DNA of 64,000 nt from Candidatus Latescibacterota bacterium (GCA_965243025.1 CBDETY010000003.1:1056001-1120000); one strand, 5' to 3'; shown: positions 48,245 to 59,206, counted from the stretch's first letter. Numbers and translations are program-made. Notes: a model not told the origin generated them from the sequence alone.

Positions 48245-49198
48245 TCAATCGAGGTTGTAGGCGCGCGCCGCGGTGTCGTGGAACAGGGCCCTGAGCTCGT
48301 CCTCGGCCAGGTCCTCCGTCCAATCGAGGAACAGCCCGTAGAGCGCCGCCAACGAGATCCCGCGGATCTTGTCGACCGGGTAGTTGCTGGCGAACATGCA
48401 GCGCTCCGGTCCGAAGACGTCGATCACCTCGCGGACGAGGTCCCGCACCTTGGCCTGCTTTTCCGGGTCGCTGTGAAACCCGGCGCGGGCGAACCAGAGC
48501 ATCGACAGCTTGATGTCGATATTGGGCAGCGTCGCCAGGCCCTGGATGCCGTCGCGCCACAGCTCCTCGTGGGCGTCGTCCTCTCCGTCGTGGAGGAACC
48601 CTAGGTGGTTGGCGACGACCCGCAGGCCGGGGAAGTCCGCGAAGACCCGGACGGCGCCGGGGATCTGGTGGGGATTGCAGGAGAGATCGAAGGCGAGGTT
48701 GCGGTCTGAGAGAAGCCCCAGGCCTTCGCGGAACTGCGGGGAGTGCATCAGCTCCCCGCCGGCGACCTGCGGCCAGGTGAGGTCCGGGTTTTCCGGGTGG
48801 TGGTTGAGGATCATGCGGATCCCGCGCAGCCGCGAGGAAGAGGCCTCGATGTGCCGCTCGAGGGTGCGCTGTGCCGCCGCGGGGTCACCGGCGAGATTGA
48901 GGTAGGCGACCAGGTACGAGGGCCGCTCCGCCTGGGTCGGCTCGACCTGGGCGGACACCCACTCGGTTTCGGAGACCGTGTCGACCACCGGTCCCCCTTC
49001 CATCTGGCCGACCACGGTTTCGACGTGGACCCGGGAAACCAGGTTCAGCCGCGGCGGCAGGGTGGCGGCGTCGGCGTCGTAGTCGGCGGCCCGGTACGAC
49101 CGCAGCAGCTCCTCCGCCTCGGGACCGAGGTTGGGGTTGGGGCGGGCGTCGAGGTCCCACAAGTGGAAGTGGGGGTCGCACAGCGGCAGGGTGGTCAT
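48245..49198 (-). CDS. Amidohydrolase_2 family protein (lactonase-like)
   Basis: DPHFHLWD, RGIR, NHLG, IKLS, FGPERCMFASNYPVD. Confidence 0.88.
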   Translation of the reverse strand: MTTLPLCDPHFHLWDLDARPNPNLGPEAEELLRSYRAADYDADAATLPPRLNLVSRVHVETVVGQMEGGPVVDTVSETEWVSAQVEPTQAERPSYLVAYLNLAGDPAAAQRTLERHIEASSSRLRGIRMILNHHPENPDLTWPQVAGGELMHSPQFREGLGLLSDRNLAFDLSCNPHQIPGAVRVFADFPGLRVVANHLGFLHDGEDDAHEELWRDGIQGLATLPNIDIKLSMLWFARAGFHSDPEKQAKVRDLVREVIDVFGPERCMFASNYPVDKIRGISLAALYGLFLDWTEDLAEDELRALFHDTAARAYNLD

Positions 49199-49392
49199 GG
49201 CTCTCCTCTTCTGGCTCTCATCGGGGATTGATTCGATTAATTCAGGTCTGAAATCGGGCAAAATGCCAGGGGCGTTGTTCCGGTCTCCAGGCGTTGTTTC
49301 TGCCCGGCACGTGTGTCCGATGCGACTGCTTCAGGCGGCGACGGAGTTTGTCGCCCCGGGCTGCGGTTCCTTTCCGAGGAGATCCGGAACCC

Positions 49393-50523
49393 TCACTCGA
49401 TCACCTCGACGGTCATGTCCTCGATCGCGTCCCAGTCGAGGTCGACCCCGAGGCCGGGGGCCTCCGGCATCTCGACGTACCCCCCCGACATCCGCAGGGG
49501 GTTCCTGATCGCCGGGTTGGCGTGGGTCTCGAAGGGGGGGTGCACCTCGAGCAGGGACCCGTTCTCGATGGCGCCGTTGACGTTGAGCGAGGAGAATCCC
49601 CACATGTGGCTGTGCGCGGACATGTGCAGGGTGGCTCCGAATGCGTAGGTGAGCTGGGCGAGCTTGAGCATTTCGGTGATTCCGCCCATTTCGAGCAGCG
49701 GCTTGAGGGCGTCGACGGCGCCCATGGACAGCATCTGCGCGTAGCTGTGCAGCTGGTGGGGGAAGTACTCGCCGGCGACGACGGGTATTTCCAGGGCGTC
49801 GCGCACCCGTTTGTACCCGGAGAAGTCCTGGTCTCGGAGCGGCTCCTCGAACCAGGTGAATTCCCGCTCCTCCAGGGCCCTTCCGACCCGGATCGCCTCC
49901 TTGACGTCGTAGTAGCCGACGGCGTCGTGCATCAGGTGAAAGTCGGGCCCCACGGCGTCCCGCAGCTCTCCGGCGAGCTCGATCATGAACTTCGGGCCGG
50001 CGTAGCAGTGGTCCTTGCTTCCGAGGTAGCCCTCCTCCTTCACCTGCAGCGCGAAATCGAGGAAGTGATCCTTTCTCAGCCCCTCCGGCCCCATGGTGCC
50101 GGACTGGGTCCGGTACGCCGGCACCTTGTCGCGGCAGGCTCCGAGCAGGCGCCAGACCGGGAGGCCGTGGCGCTTGCCGGCGATGTCCCAGAGGGCGGTG
50201 TCGATGGATCCGCGCAGCTTCTTCGGAGGCCAGGTCAGGCGCTCGAGCATCAGCAGGTCGTGCCAAAGGCGCTCCCGCCCCAGGGCGTCGCGGCCGACCA
50301 GGTGCTCGGGGAAACGGGTGGTGATGACCCGCGCCGTCTCCGCGTCGATCTCGTTGCACCAGCCCTCGATGCCCTCCCCGGTGATGACCCGGAGCAGACC
50401 GTCGCGGGTGCCGGAGTGCGGATCGTCGAGCATGTGGACCTTGAGGCCGGTGATCGGAAGCGGATCGCAGCCCTCGCGATCGACCGGCCTCCAGGGGCCG
50501 GCGCTGCGGTTGTCGGTTACCAT
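49393..50523 (-). CDS. Mandelate racemase/muconate lactonizing enzyme (enolase superfamily)
   Basis: IDTALWDIAGK...PVW.LLG, LMHD, WFEEP, AGE, PGLG. Confidence 0.9.
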   Translation of the reverse strand: MVTDNRSAGPWRPVDREGCDPLPITGLKVHMLDDPHSGTRDGLLRVITGEGIEGWCNEIDAETARVITTRFPEHLVGRDALGRERLWHDLLMLERLTWPPKKLRGSIDTALWDIAGKRHGLPVWRLLGACRDKVPAYRTQSGTMGPEGLRKDHFLDFALQVKEEGYLGSKDHCYAGPKFMIELAGELRDAVGPDFHLMHDAVGYYDVKEAIRVGRALEEREFTWFEEPLRDQDFSGYKRVRDALEIPVVAGEYFPHQLHSYAQMLSMGAVDALKPLLEMGGITEMLKLAQLTYAFGATLHMSAHSHMWGFSSLNVNGAIENGSLLEVHPPFETHANPAIRNPLRMSGGYVEMPEAPGLGVDLDWDAIEDMTVEVIE

Positions 50524-50645
50524 TGCAAGACCTCCCTCGGGTGACTTGGCGGGATCGCCGCGGAAGGGATATACTCAGGGAATCACCCATCGGCCGCGCC
50601 CGGTAGGGGCGTCCGGCCGCGGACCCCGGAACAAGAGAGACGACC

Positions 50646-51419
50646 ATGACCACGACGCTGCCGGCGACCTTCGAGACCGACGAAGCCTGCGCCGCCGAGC
50701 GGGACCTGCGCGTCCAGCTCGCCGCCGCGTACCGGATTTTCGACCACCTCGGCTGGTGCGAGCTGATCTACGGCCACATCTCCATGCGGGTGCCGGGTCC
50801 GGAGCACCACTTCCTCATCAACCCGTACGGCCTGCGCTACGACGAGATCACCGCCTCCAGCCTGGTGAAGATCGATCTCGACGGCAACCTCGTCGAGCCT
50901 TCCGAGTACTCCTTCAATCCGGCCGGCTTCGTCATCCACAGCGCCATCCACGAGCACCGGGGGGACGCGCACTGCGTCATGCACACCCACACCCGCGCAG
51001 GAATGGCCATCGCCGCTCTCGAATGCGGGCTGCTGCCGGTCAGCATGAACGGAATGAGCTTTCACGGGAACCTCGCCTACCACGATTTCGAGGGCTCCAC
51101 GCTCCTGCTCGAGGAGCGGGAGAAGCTGGCCGCCGACCTCGGCAGCGCCGACGCCCTGATCCTGCGCAACCACGGCCTGCTGTCGGTCGGCCGCACGATT
51201 GCCGAAGCCTTCCTCTATCTGTATCGCCTCGAAAGCGCCTGCCGGGTCCAGCTCGACGCCATGGCCTGCGGCCGGCTGCAGTACCCGCCGCAGGAAGCCG
51301 TCGAGCGCTCGGCGCGGCAGATGCGGGAGTTCGCGCGCTGCGCCGCCGACACCGGCCAGTTGGAGTTCGACGCCCTGGTCCGCCTGGTCGAAGAGAAGGA
51401 CCCCTCGTTCCGCAGCTAG
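50646..51419 (+). CDS. Class II aldolase/adducin family protein
   Basis: HISMR, GFVIHSAIH, VMHTHT, LRNHG. Confidence 0.92.
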   Translation: MTTTLPATFETDEACAAERDLRVQLAAAYRIFDHLGWCELIYGHISMRVPGPEHHFLINPYGLRYDEITASSLVKIDLDGNLVEPSEYSFNPAGFVIHSAIHEHRGDAHCVMHTHTRAGMAIAALECGLLPVSMNGMSFHGNLAYHDFEGSTLLLEEREKLAADLGSADALILRNHGLLSVGRTIAEAFLYLYRLESACRVQLDAMACGRLQYPPQEAVERSARQMREFARCAADTGQLEFDALVRLVEEKDPSFRS

Positions 51420-51563
51420 TCCCCGGGCCGTTACGCGAGCGTGCCAAGGAGGGCCGCCCGGCTCGCGCGGCGCCTTGGCGGGTGATACGGATTGATCAGG
51501 GAGAGTGAAGGCAACGGACCGGGACGGGAGCAGTGGATCGGCGCCTGAAGGCGCTCGCGCCCG

Positions 51564-52226
51564 CTACCGTTTGCGCGCCAGCGTCAGGCCGTCCCCGATC
51601 GACAGCAGCGACACGTCGATCCGCTCGTCCCGGTGGAGGGCGGCGTTGAGCTCGCGGATCGCGACAGTGTCCTCGTCCACCTCCTCCGGGCGCGCCGGGC
51701 GCCCGTTCCAGAGCACGTTGTCGATCAGGATCAGTCCTCCCGGGCGCAGCAGCTCGAGGCAGCTCTCGTAATACGAACCGTAGTTGACCTTGTCGGCATC
51801 GATGAAGGCGAGATCGTAGGTGCCGGCGGCGCCTTCCGCGAGCAGGGCGGAAAGGGTGCCGGCCGCCGGGCCGAGGCGCAGGTCGATCCTGCCGGCGACC
51901 CCGGCTTCCTCCCAGTAGCGGCGCGCCGTCGCCGTGAATTCCTCGCTGAGGTCGCAGGCGGTGATGCTGCCGGATTCGGGAAGGGCCTGCGCCATGACCA
52001 GGGCGCTGTACCCGGTGAAGGAACCGACTTCCAGGATTCGCGCGGCCCCGGTCAGCTTGACGAGCAGGGCCATGAACTGCCCCTGGTCGGGCGAGATCTG
52101 CATCCCGCCGCCCGGCATCGCCCCGGTCTCCTCGCGGAGGCGGGCGAGCAGGGGGGTGTCCCGCAGGGAGTTGGCGAGGATGTAATCGTAGAGCGCGGCG
52201 TCTATGTAGTTGTTGCGGCTGCTCAT
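51564..52226 (-). CDS. O-methyltransferase (caffeoyl-CoA OMT family)
   Basis: MQISPDQG, EVGSFTGYS, FIDADK, DNVLW.G, IGDGLT. Confidence 0.93.
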   Translation of the reverse strand: MSSRNNYIDAALYDYILANSLRDTPLLARLREETGAMPGGGMQISPDQGQFMALLVKLTGAARILEVGSFTGYSALVMAQALPESGSITACDLSEEFTATARRYWEEAGVAGRIDLRLGPAAGTLSALLAEGAAGTYDLAFIDADKVNYGSYYESCLELLRPGGLILIDNVLWNGRPARPEEVDEDTVAIRELNAALHRDERIDVSLLSIGDGLTLARKR

Positions 52227-52342
52227 GAACCGGTGCTCCGCGGCCTCGGGAGGAGGGTGGATTGCAGGGTGCGGTGTTGAAAGGGCCGCGGGGGCGGCCG
52301 AGCTCCAAAGACCCGCCGCGGAGATGGCGGCCCCTGGCCCGA

Positions 52343-53335
52343 TCACTCCTCCGCGGTGATCTGGTCGTAGAACTTGATGATGTCCCCCCTGTCCTCCGAC
52401 TGGTTGAAGGCCATGCCGGACCGCGGGTGCTGGTTGAGCAGACCGGTCAGCATGTAGGGGTAGTCGTATCCCCACAGCAGCTCCGAGCGCAGCGGCTCGA
52501 TGTGTTCCTGGATGCACTTGAGGATGGGGCGGAGGCGGTACTTGGGGTTGTGCAGAAAGCCGAGCAGCAGCTCGATCTGGCAGTTGCCGGCGCCGCGCCC
52601 GAGGCCGGCGACGCTGGCGTCGAGCATGTTGGCCCCCTTGACGATCGCCTGCACGGTGTTGGCGAAGGCGAGCTGCTGGTTGTTGTGGCAGTGGATGCCG
52701 ATCTCCTTGCCCGAGCCCCGGGTGAAGCCGAGGAACTTGTCCATCAGGAATTCGATCTGTTCCCCGTACATCGACCCGAAGCTGTCGACGACGTAGACAC
52801 TGCCGACAGGTGATTCCATCAACAGGGCAAGCGCCTCGTCCATTTCGTTTTCCTGGACCGTCGAGGCCGCCATCAGGTTCAGGGTGGTCTCGTATCCCTT
52901 GCCGTGGGCGTCGTCGATCATGTCGAGCGCCAGCGGTATCTGGTGGATGTAGGTGGCGATGCGGATCATGTCGAGGACGCTCTGGTCGCAGGGGAGGATG
53001 TCCTCCCTGTAATCGCTCTTCTCCGCGTCGGCCATGGCGCACAGCTTGAGGTCGGTGTCGTTGTCGCCGACGATGCGGCGGATGTCCTCTTCGCGGCTGT
53101 GGCGCCAGGGTCCGAACTCCCCCGGCGGAAACTGTTCCCGGGAGTTGATGTAGCCGACCTCCATGTAGTCGACTCCCCCCTCGACGCAGGCGCTGTACAC
53201 GCCGCGGACGACCTCGTCATCGAACTTGCTGTCGTTCATCAGGCCCCCGTCCCGGATCGTGCAGTCCAGGACGCGGATCTCCTCCCGGTAGGAGATCCAC
53301 TCGGCCACGGGCTGGTGCTGTTCGTTTTCGCTCAT
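52343..53335 (-). CDS. HMGL-like aldolase catalytic-domain protein (4-hydroxy-2-oxovalerate aldolase-like)
   Basis: LDCTIRDGG, DSFGS, HCHNNQQLAFAN, GRGAGN. Confidence 0.88.
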   Translation of the reverse strand: MSENEQHQPVAEWISYREEIRVLDCTIRDGGLMNDSKFDDEVVRGVYSACVEGGVDYMEVGYINSREQFPPGEFGPWRHSREEDIRRIVGDNDTDLKLCAMADAEKSDYREDILPCDQSVLDMIRIATYIHQIPLALDMIDDAHGKGYETTLNLMAASTVQENEMDEALALLMESPVGSVYVVDSFGSMYGEQIEFLMDKFLGFTRGSGKEIGIHCHNNQQLAFANTVQAIVKGANMLDASVAGLGRGAGNCQIELLLGFLHNPKYRLRPILKCIQEHIEPLRSELLWGYDYPYMLTGLLNQHPRSGMAFNQSEDRGDIIKFYDQITAEE

Positions 53336-53440
53336 ATCTCTTCTCTGAGGGCGGTTGGAATGGAACGGGTGCGCCGGGAAAGGCCGACGCGCATTGAAAA
53401 ACGCAAGACATCAAACATAAGGCAGATTGCGGCAGGTGAT

Positions 53441-53950
53441 TTAGCCAGCAGAGTAGGTCGGGTCAACGGGAATTCGGCAGGGAGCCGCTCCTGCCGGTCG
53501 GCCGGAGCGGCCGGATGCGAGCAGCTCCATCGCCCTGCGGGCGCAGCCGGGGTTGACGATCTGGCGGTAGTACGCGCCGAGAAGGCGCCGCCTCTGGATC
53601 TTGCCGGAGGAGAGCGGCAGGGGCTGGTCCTCGTAGAGGCCGATGAGGTGCAGCAGGCCGCCGACGGCGAGCATGTCGAGGCCCTGGTCGAATGCCTTCG
53701 GTCCCGCGGGGCCTCCGACGGCGTAGACGACGACGTCCGCCCCGACCGCGTCGACGACTCCGGCGAGGGAATACCCCATGCGCTCCGGATCTATGGCGTG
53801 CTCGCGGGTGTAGCGGGCGCCGATTTCGGAGCCGCGGCTGAGGAGGCTGCGGACCGCCCGGACGCGGATCTCATCCGCTTGCGGCTCAGGGAAGGGAGCC
53901 TCTTCGATGACGACGTTGAACCGGCCCGCTGGTTTGGCTACTCGTTTCAT
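53441..53950 (-). pseudogene. Internally deleted copy of the 56119-57099 MDR dehydrogenase
   Basis: Near-identical N- and C-terminal parts; lacks 414 nt including the GQGLVG nucleotide-binding motif and lacks the true C-terminus. Confidence 0.88.
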
Positions 53951-54027
53951 GTCACGCTGCTTCCTGTGTTGTTTCCCGCTTCGAAAACCACCCCCATTTT
54001 TTAAACTTAGGCCGAGAGAGCCCGCGG

Positions 54028-56043
54028 ATGAAGCCTGTTCCTGCACTACTTTTCGGCATTGCCGCCATGTCGGTTCAGGGGCCGGCCGGAAGCCAGGACC
54101 AGGTTGACCACTGGACTTTCGGCGGCCGGGGAGGGGAGCGCTGGGCGGACTGGGTCGAGGTGAACGTCGTGGCCGACGATTTCAGCATTCCGGGGGTGCT
54201 GCAGCCCCGCGAGCTCAAACCCGGCGAGAACCTTCTTCCGAAGCTGTACCACACAGTGCCCTGGGAACGGTACCAGGAGCCGGCCAACCCCCTGTGGGAA
54301 GACGGCCTTCCCAGGCTGTGGCGCTGGACGGGGAACCGCGCCGGGAGCTACAACACCCCGTTCTCCAATTTCATCGACGGGGACCTCGAGACCTTCAGCT
54401 GGCAGTCCCCGGCCCACGTCGACGAGGAATGGTACACGATCGACGTAGGGGCCCCGGTCCCGGCCGAGCGCTTCGCAATCCGCATGCCGGACGGGGTGGA
54501 TCGCATCGGCCGGCCCTGGGCGGCGTACGTTCCCAAGGCGGGGGAACTCTCGGCAAGCCTCACTGAAACCGCAATCCTCGGAGAGGGAGACAGGCCGAAC
54601 TGGTGGGAGTACCAACCGCTGGAGACCGTGCTGGGAGGGGTGAAGCAGAACCTTGAGGCACCGATAGAAATCCCGTTCCCTCTGCAGTACCTGCGCTTTT
54701 TCAGGTGGATTACCTACCCCGAGGAGATCCTGGCTTCGGGCCGCAAGGTTATCGAGGCCCTGGCGTACGCGGAGATGGAGCTGTACGGAAGGGGTTTCGC
54801 GGCCGAGGCCCGCTATGTCACCCGCGCCGTCGACGCCGCCCGTCCGGTCTCGATCGGCCGGCTGTTCATGGGAGTCAGCCGCTGGCGGAGGCAGGACGGG
54901 GAGCTGATCCCGTATGCCGACGCCGATGCCGGAGTCGCTGTGCGGTTGAAAACCGGCCTGGACGACGACCCGCGGACCTATTTCACCTGGAACGATCAGT
55001 CGGAGTTCACCGAGATCAGCCTGGAGGAATACCAGGGCCTGAAGCCCCGGGCCCACGAGACCCACGACCCGAAATTCGTCGGCTGGCAGGGCCCTGTCGG
55101 CTTCGACAAGGAGAACTGGTCCTCCTGGACCGGGGGCGTGGCGCAGTCCGGGACCGCCCTGGAGGTTCCGAGCGGCCGTTACTTCCAGGTGATGGTGGTG
55201 ATGACCTCGTCCCTTCCGACCGATGTGGCGCGGCTGGATTCCCTGCGGATCGAACTGGTTCCCCTGCTGGTACCCGAGCTGGTCGGCGAGGTCGGACTGG
55301 CGGGGGATCCCCTGCGCCGGGAAGTGCCGACCGTGCGGTTGGGAGAGCCTGAGGAGCTGATCTTCGCAATTCGCGCTCGATTCAGGGGGGAGAGCGCAGA
55401 GGGATTCGACGCCGTCCACATAACAACCCCGGCTGAACCGTTGTTCACGAGCCTTCGAATGGGGGATCCTCCTGCCGATGTCGAGCCCGACAGCGTCGCT
55501 GTCGACCCGGAGGGTCTGACGCTGTTCCTGCCTCGCAGGGTAAGGGCGGACGAGGACCTGCGTATCGGGCTGGGAACGACCCTCTACACGGTTTCCGCTC
55601 AGTTCAGGGGCGAGGTTTTCAATCGCGGACTGTCATCGCGCCGGCAGCTGATCCGCGGCGCCGACGCTACCCCGGAAATCGGGGCCGACAAGCTTCAGGT
55701 GGTTGCAGAGGTTGAAGCGGGAAAGAGCCCGCTGGCGGATCTCGCCTTCTCTTCGGCCACCCTCACTGCAAACGGCGACGGCCGCAACGATCGTCTGCAG
55801 ATCCGCTACACCCTGTATGGGGTGATTTCCACCGACGTGGAGGTAACCTTCCACGGCCTGGATGGGCGGAAGATCCACTCCGTGAAACAGTCGGGGCAGG
55901 CGGCGGGAAGGCACACGGTGGAATGGGACGGTACCGGTTCAGACGGCCGGCTGCTGTTGCCGGGGACCTATTTGTGCAGAGTTGCCGCGGAAACCGGCAG
56001 CGGGCGATTCGAGCTCATCAGGCCTGTTGCGCTCGTTTACTGA
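54028..56043 (+). CDS. Secreted protein with C-terminal FlgD-Ig / T9SS-CTD-like domain (paralog 1)
   Basis: Signal peptide; TANGDGRND ... WDG.GSDG....G.Y; ends VALVY. Confidence 0.85.
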   Translation: MKPVPALLFGIAAMSVQGPAGSQDQVDHWTFGGRGGERWADWVEVNVVADDFSIPGVLQPRELKPGENLLPKLYHTVPWERYQEPANPLWEDGLPRLWRWTGNRAGSYNTPFSNFIDGDLETFSWQSPAHVDEEWYTIDVGAPVPAERFAIRMPDGVDRIGRPWAAYVPKAGELSASLTETAILGEGDRPNWWEYQPLETVLGGVKQNLEAPIEIPFPLQYLRFFRWITYPEEILASGRKVIEALAYAEMELYGRGFAAEARYVTRAVDAARPVSIGRLFMGVSRWRRQDGELIPYADADAGVAVRLKTGLDDDPRTYFTWNDQSEFTEISLEEYQGLKPRAHETHDPKFVGWQGPVGFDKENWSSWTGGVAQSGTALEVPSGRYFQVMVVMTSSLPTDVARLDSLRIELVPLLVPELVGEVGLAGDPLRREVPTVRLGEPEELIFAIRARFRGESAEGFDAVHITTPAEPLFTSLRMGDPPADVEPDSVAVDPEGLTLFLPRRVRADEDLRIGLGTTLYTVSAQFRGEVFNRGLSSRRQLIRGADATPEIGADKLQVVAEVEAGKSPLADLAFSSATLTANGDGRNDRLQIRYTLYGVISTDVEVTFHGLDGRKIHSVKQSGQAAGRHTVEWDGTGSDGRLLLPGTYLCRVAAETGSGRFELIRPVALVY

Positions 56044-56118
56044 CCCACCTGCATGCCGGAAATGAAGGGGAGCCGCTCCGGCAGTCGGCCGGAGCAGGGG
56101 CAGGGGGGCGGGTCGAGC

Positions 56119-57099
56119 TTACTCCTCCTCCCAGTCGAGCAGGACCCCCATCGCCTCCCCCGGGCTGTTGTAGAGCAGGTCGAAGGCCGCGGCGGCATCG
56201 CGGTACGGGAAGCGGTGGCTGGTCATGCGGTCCGTCCTGATGGCGCCGGATGCCAGCAGCTCCATCGCCCTGCGGGCGCAGCCGGGGTCGACGATCTGGC
56301 CGTAGTACCCCCCTAGAAGGCGCCGCCTCTGGATCTTGACTGAGGAGAGCGGCAGGGGCTGGTCCTCGTACAGGCCGATGAGGTGCAGCAGGCCGCCGAC
56401 GGCGAGCATGTCGAGGCCCTGGTCGAATGCCTTCGGTCCGGCGGGGCCTCCGACGGCGTAGACGACGATGTCGGCCCCGGCGCCGTTGGTGAGGCGTTGC
56501 ACCGCCTGCACCGGATCCTCGGCGGCCGCGTCGATCACGTGGTCGGCGCCGAGCTCCCCGGCGAGGGCGCACCGCTCGGGAAGGGGGTCGACGGCGATGA
56601 AACGCCCCCTTCCGTTCGCCTTGCCGACCTGCAGCATGAGGCTGCCGACCAGGCCCTGCCCGAGAATGACCACCGTGTCGAACGGCTGAATCCGTTCGAT
56701 CTCGGTCCAGGCCACGGCGCCCCCGGATAGAGGGAAGTAGGCCGCCGCTTCGAATCCGAGGTCGTCCGGCATCGGCACGACCCTCGCCTGCTCACCGGGT
56801 CTCCTCGCGCCCGCGGGCCGGATGACGTACTGGGCGTGGGGAGCGACGGCGACGACCCGGTCCCCCTCGCGAAGGTGCCGGACGTCCGCCCCGACCTCGT
56901 CGACGACCCCGGCGAGGGAATACCCCATGCGCTCCGGATCTATGGCGTGCTCCCGGGTGTAGCGGGCCCCGATTTCCGAGCCCCGGCTGATGAGGCTGCG
57001 GACCGCCCTGACGCGTACTTCATCAGCTCCCGGGTGCGGGATGGGAGCCTCTTCGATGACGACGTTGAACCTGCCCGCCGGTTTGGCTACTCGTTTCAC
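56119..57099 (-). CDS. MDR (zinc-binding dehydrogenase-like) oxidoreductase
   Basis: SLISRGSE, GYSLAG.V, GDRV, ILGQGLVG, GADIV. Confidence 0.88.
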   Translation of the reverse strand: MKRVAKPAGRFNVVIEEAPIPHPGADEVRVRAVRSLISRGSEIGARYTREHAIDPERMGYSLAGVVDEVGADVRHLREGDRVVAVAPHAQYVIRPAGARRPGEQARVVPMPDDLGFEAAAYFPLSGGAVAWTEIERIQPFDTVVILGQGLVGSLMLQVGKANGRGRFIAVDPLPERCALAGELGADHVIDAAAEDPVQAVQRLTNGAGADIVVYAVGGPAGPKAFDQGLDMLAVGGLLHLIGLYEDQPLPLSSVKIQRRRLLGGYYGQIVDPGCARRAMELLASGAIRTDRMTSHRFPYRDAAAAFDLLYNSPGEAMGVLLDWEEE

Positions 57100-57187
57100 G
57101 GCGTTTCCAGTGAGTTGTTGTCCGGCGGTGAAAACCACTACCGGTTTTTTTAACTTAAGCCTGAATCAGGTCGCGAGATACCGCGGA

Positions 57188-59206
57188 ATGAAAACACCTC
57201 CTGCATTTTCCATCGCCATCGCCGCCGTGTTCGCTCAGGGTTCCGCCTGGAGCCAGGAGTATGTCGATCACTGGACTTTCGGCGGCCGGGGAGGGGAGCG
57301 CTGGGCCGACTGGGTCGAGGTGAACGTCATGGCGGACGATTTCAGCCTGCCCGGGGTGCTGCAGCCGCGCGAGCTCGTGCCCGGCGAGAACCTGCTGTCG
57401 CAGCTGTACCACACAGTTCCCTGGGAGCGCTATCAGGAGCCGGCCAACCCCCTGTGGGAAGACGGACTTCCCAGGCTGTGGCGCTGGACGGGGAACCGCG
57501 CCCGGAGCTACTACACCCCGTTTTCAAATTTCATCGACGGCGATCTCGGGACCTTCAGCTGGCAGTCCCCGGCCACCCACGTCAACGAGGAATGGTACAC
57601 GATCGACGTCGGCGCCCCGGTCCCGGCGGAGCGCTTCGTGATTCGCATGCCGGACGGGGTGGACCGCATCGGCCGGCCCTGGGCGGCGTACGTTCCCAAA
57701 GCGGGGGAGTTCTCCGCAGGTCTGACGGAAACCGCGATCCTCGGAGAGGGAGACAGGCCGAACTGGTGGGAGTACCAACCGCTCGAAACCGTGCTGGGGG
57801 GCGTGAAACAGAACCTCCGGGCGCCGATCGAGGTTTCCTTTCCGCTGCAGTATCAGCGCTTTTTCCGGTGGATTACCTACCCCGAGGAGATTCTCGCTTC
57901 GGGCCGCATGGCAATCGAGGCACTGGCGTACGCGGAGATGGAGCTGTTCGGAAGGGGGTTCGCGGCCGAGGCCCGCTACGTTACCCGCGTCGTCGACGCC
58001 GGCCGTCCAGTCTCCATCGGCCGCCTGTTCATGGGAGCAAGCCGCTGGCGGAGACAGGACGGAGAGCTGATTCCATATGCAGATGCAGAGGCCACAGTCG
58101 CGGTGCGGTTGAAAACCGGCCTGGACGGCGACCCGCGGACCTATTTCACCTGGAACGATCAGTCGGAGTACTCGGAGATCAGCGCAGAAGAATACCAGGG
58201 CCTGAAGCCCCGGGCCCACGATACCCACGACCCGAAATTCGTCGGCTGGCAGGGCCCTGTCGGCTTCGACAAGGAGAACTGGTCCTCCTGGACGGGGGGC
58301 GTAGCGCGGTCCGGGACCGCTCTGGAAGTTCCGAGCGGCCGTTATTTCCAGGTGATGGTGGTGATGACTTCGTCCCTGCCGGCCGATGTGGCGCGGCTCG
58401 ATTCCCTGCGCATCGAACTGGTTCCGCTGCTGGTGCCGAAGCTGTTCGGCGAGGTCGGGTTGGCACGGGATCCCCTGCGCGAGGAGGTTCCTGTCGTGAC
58501 GTTGGGAGAGCCTGTGGAGCTGATCTACGCAATTCGGGCTCTGTTCGGGGGTGAGAGTACGGACGGATTCGACGCTGTCCACATTCAGACGCCGGCGGAG
58601 CCTTCGTTCAGGGGCCTGCAGATGGGAGATCCTCCGGCGGATGTCGAGCCCGACAGCGTCGCTGTCGACCCGGAGGGTCTGACGCTGTTCCTGCCTCGCA
58701 GGGTAATTGCGGACGAGGAACTCCGAATCGGCCTGGAAACGACCCTCTACGCGGTTTCCGCTCAGTTCGGGGGCAAGGTTTTCAACCGCGAACTGTCTTC
58801 GCGCCGGCAGCTGATACGCGGCGCCGACGCTACCCCGGAAATCGGGGCCGACAAGCTTCACGTGGTTGCCGAGGGTGAAGCGGGAAAGAGCCTGTTGGCC
58901 GATCTCGTCTTTTCCTCGGCCACCCTCACTGCAAACGGCGACGGCCGCAACGATCGTCTGCAGATCCGCTACACCCTGTTCGGGGTGATTTCCACCGACG
59001 TGGAGGTAACCTTCCACGGCCTGGACGGGCGGAAGATCCACTCCGTGAAACAGTCGGGGCAGGCAGCGGGAAGGCACACGGTGGAATGGGACGGTACCGG
59101 AGCGGCCGGCCGGCTGCTGTCGCCGGGGACCTATTTGTGCAGAGTGGCCGCCGAAACCGGCAGCGGGCGGTTCGAGTTGATCAGACCTGTTGCGCTCGTT
59201 TACTGA
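57188..59206 (+). CDS. Secreted protein with C-terminal FlgD-Ig / T9SS-CTD-like domain (paralog 2)
   Basis: Highly similar to 54028-56043 over its full length; start MKTPPAFSI. Confidence 0.85.
   Translation: MKTPPAFSIAIAAVFAQGSAWSQEYVDHWTFGGRGGERWADWVEVNVMADDFSLPGVLQPRELVPGENLLSQLYHTVPWERYQEPANPLWEDGLPRLWRWTGNRARSYYTPFSNFIDGDLGTFSWQSPATHVNEEWYTIDVGAPVPAERFVIRMPDGVDRIGRPWAAYVPKAGEFSAGLTETAILGEGDRPNWWEYQPLETVLGGVKQNLRAPIEVSFPLQYQRFFRWITYPEEILASGRMAIEALAYAEMELFGRGFAAEARYVTRVVDAGRPVSIGRLFMGASRWRRQDGELIPYADAEATVAVRLKTGLDGDPRTYFTWNDQSEYSEISAEEYQGLKPRAHDTHDPKFVGWQGPVGFDKENWSSWTGGVARSGTALEVPSGRYFQVMVVMTSSLPADVARLDSLRIELVPLLVPKLFGEVGLARDPLREEVPVVTLGEPVELIYAIRALFGGESTDGFDAVHIQTPAEPSFRGLQMGDPPADVEPDSVAVDPEGLTLFLPRRVIADEELRIGLETTLYAVSAQFGGKVFNRELSSRRQLIRGADATPEIGADKLHVVAEGEAGKSLLADLVFSSATLTANGDGRNDRLQIRYTLFGVISTDVEVTFHGLDGRKIHSVKQSGQAAGRHTVEWDGTGAAGRLLSPGTYLCRVAAETGSGRFELIRPVALVY

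Noticed and set aside
53997-57152. T6/T7 tracts upstream of the duplicated secreted genes as phase-variation sites
   Set aside because: Too short to support slippage without read-level data.
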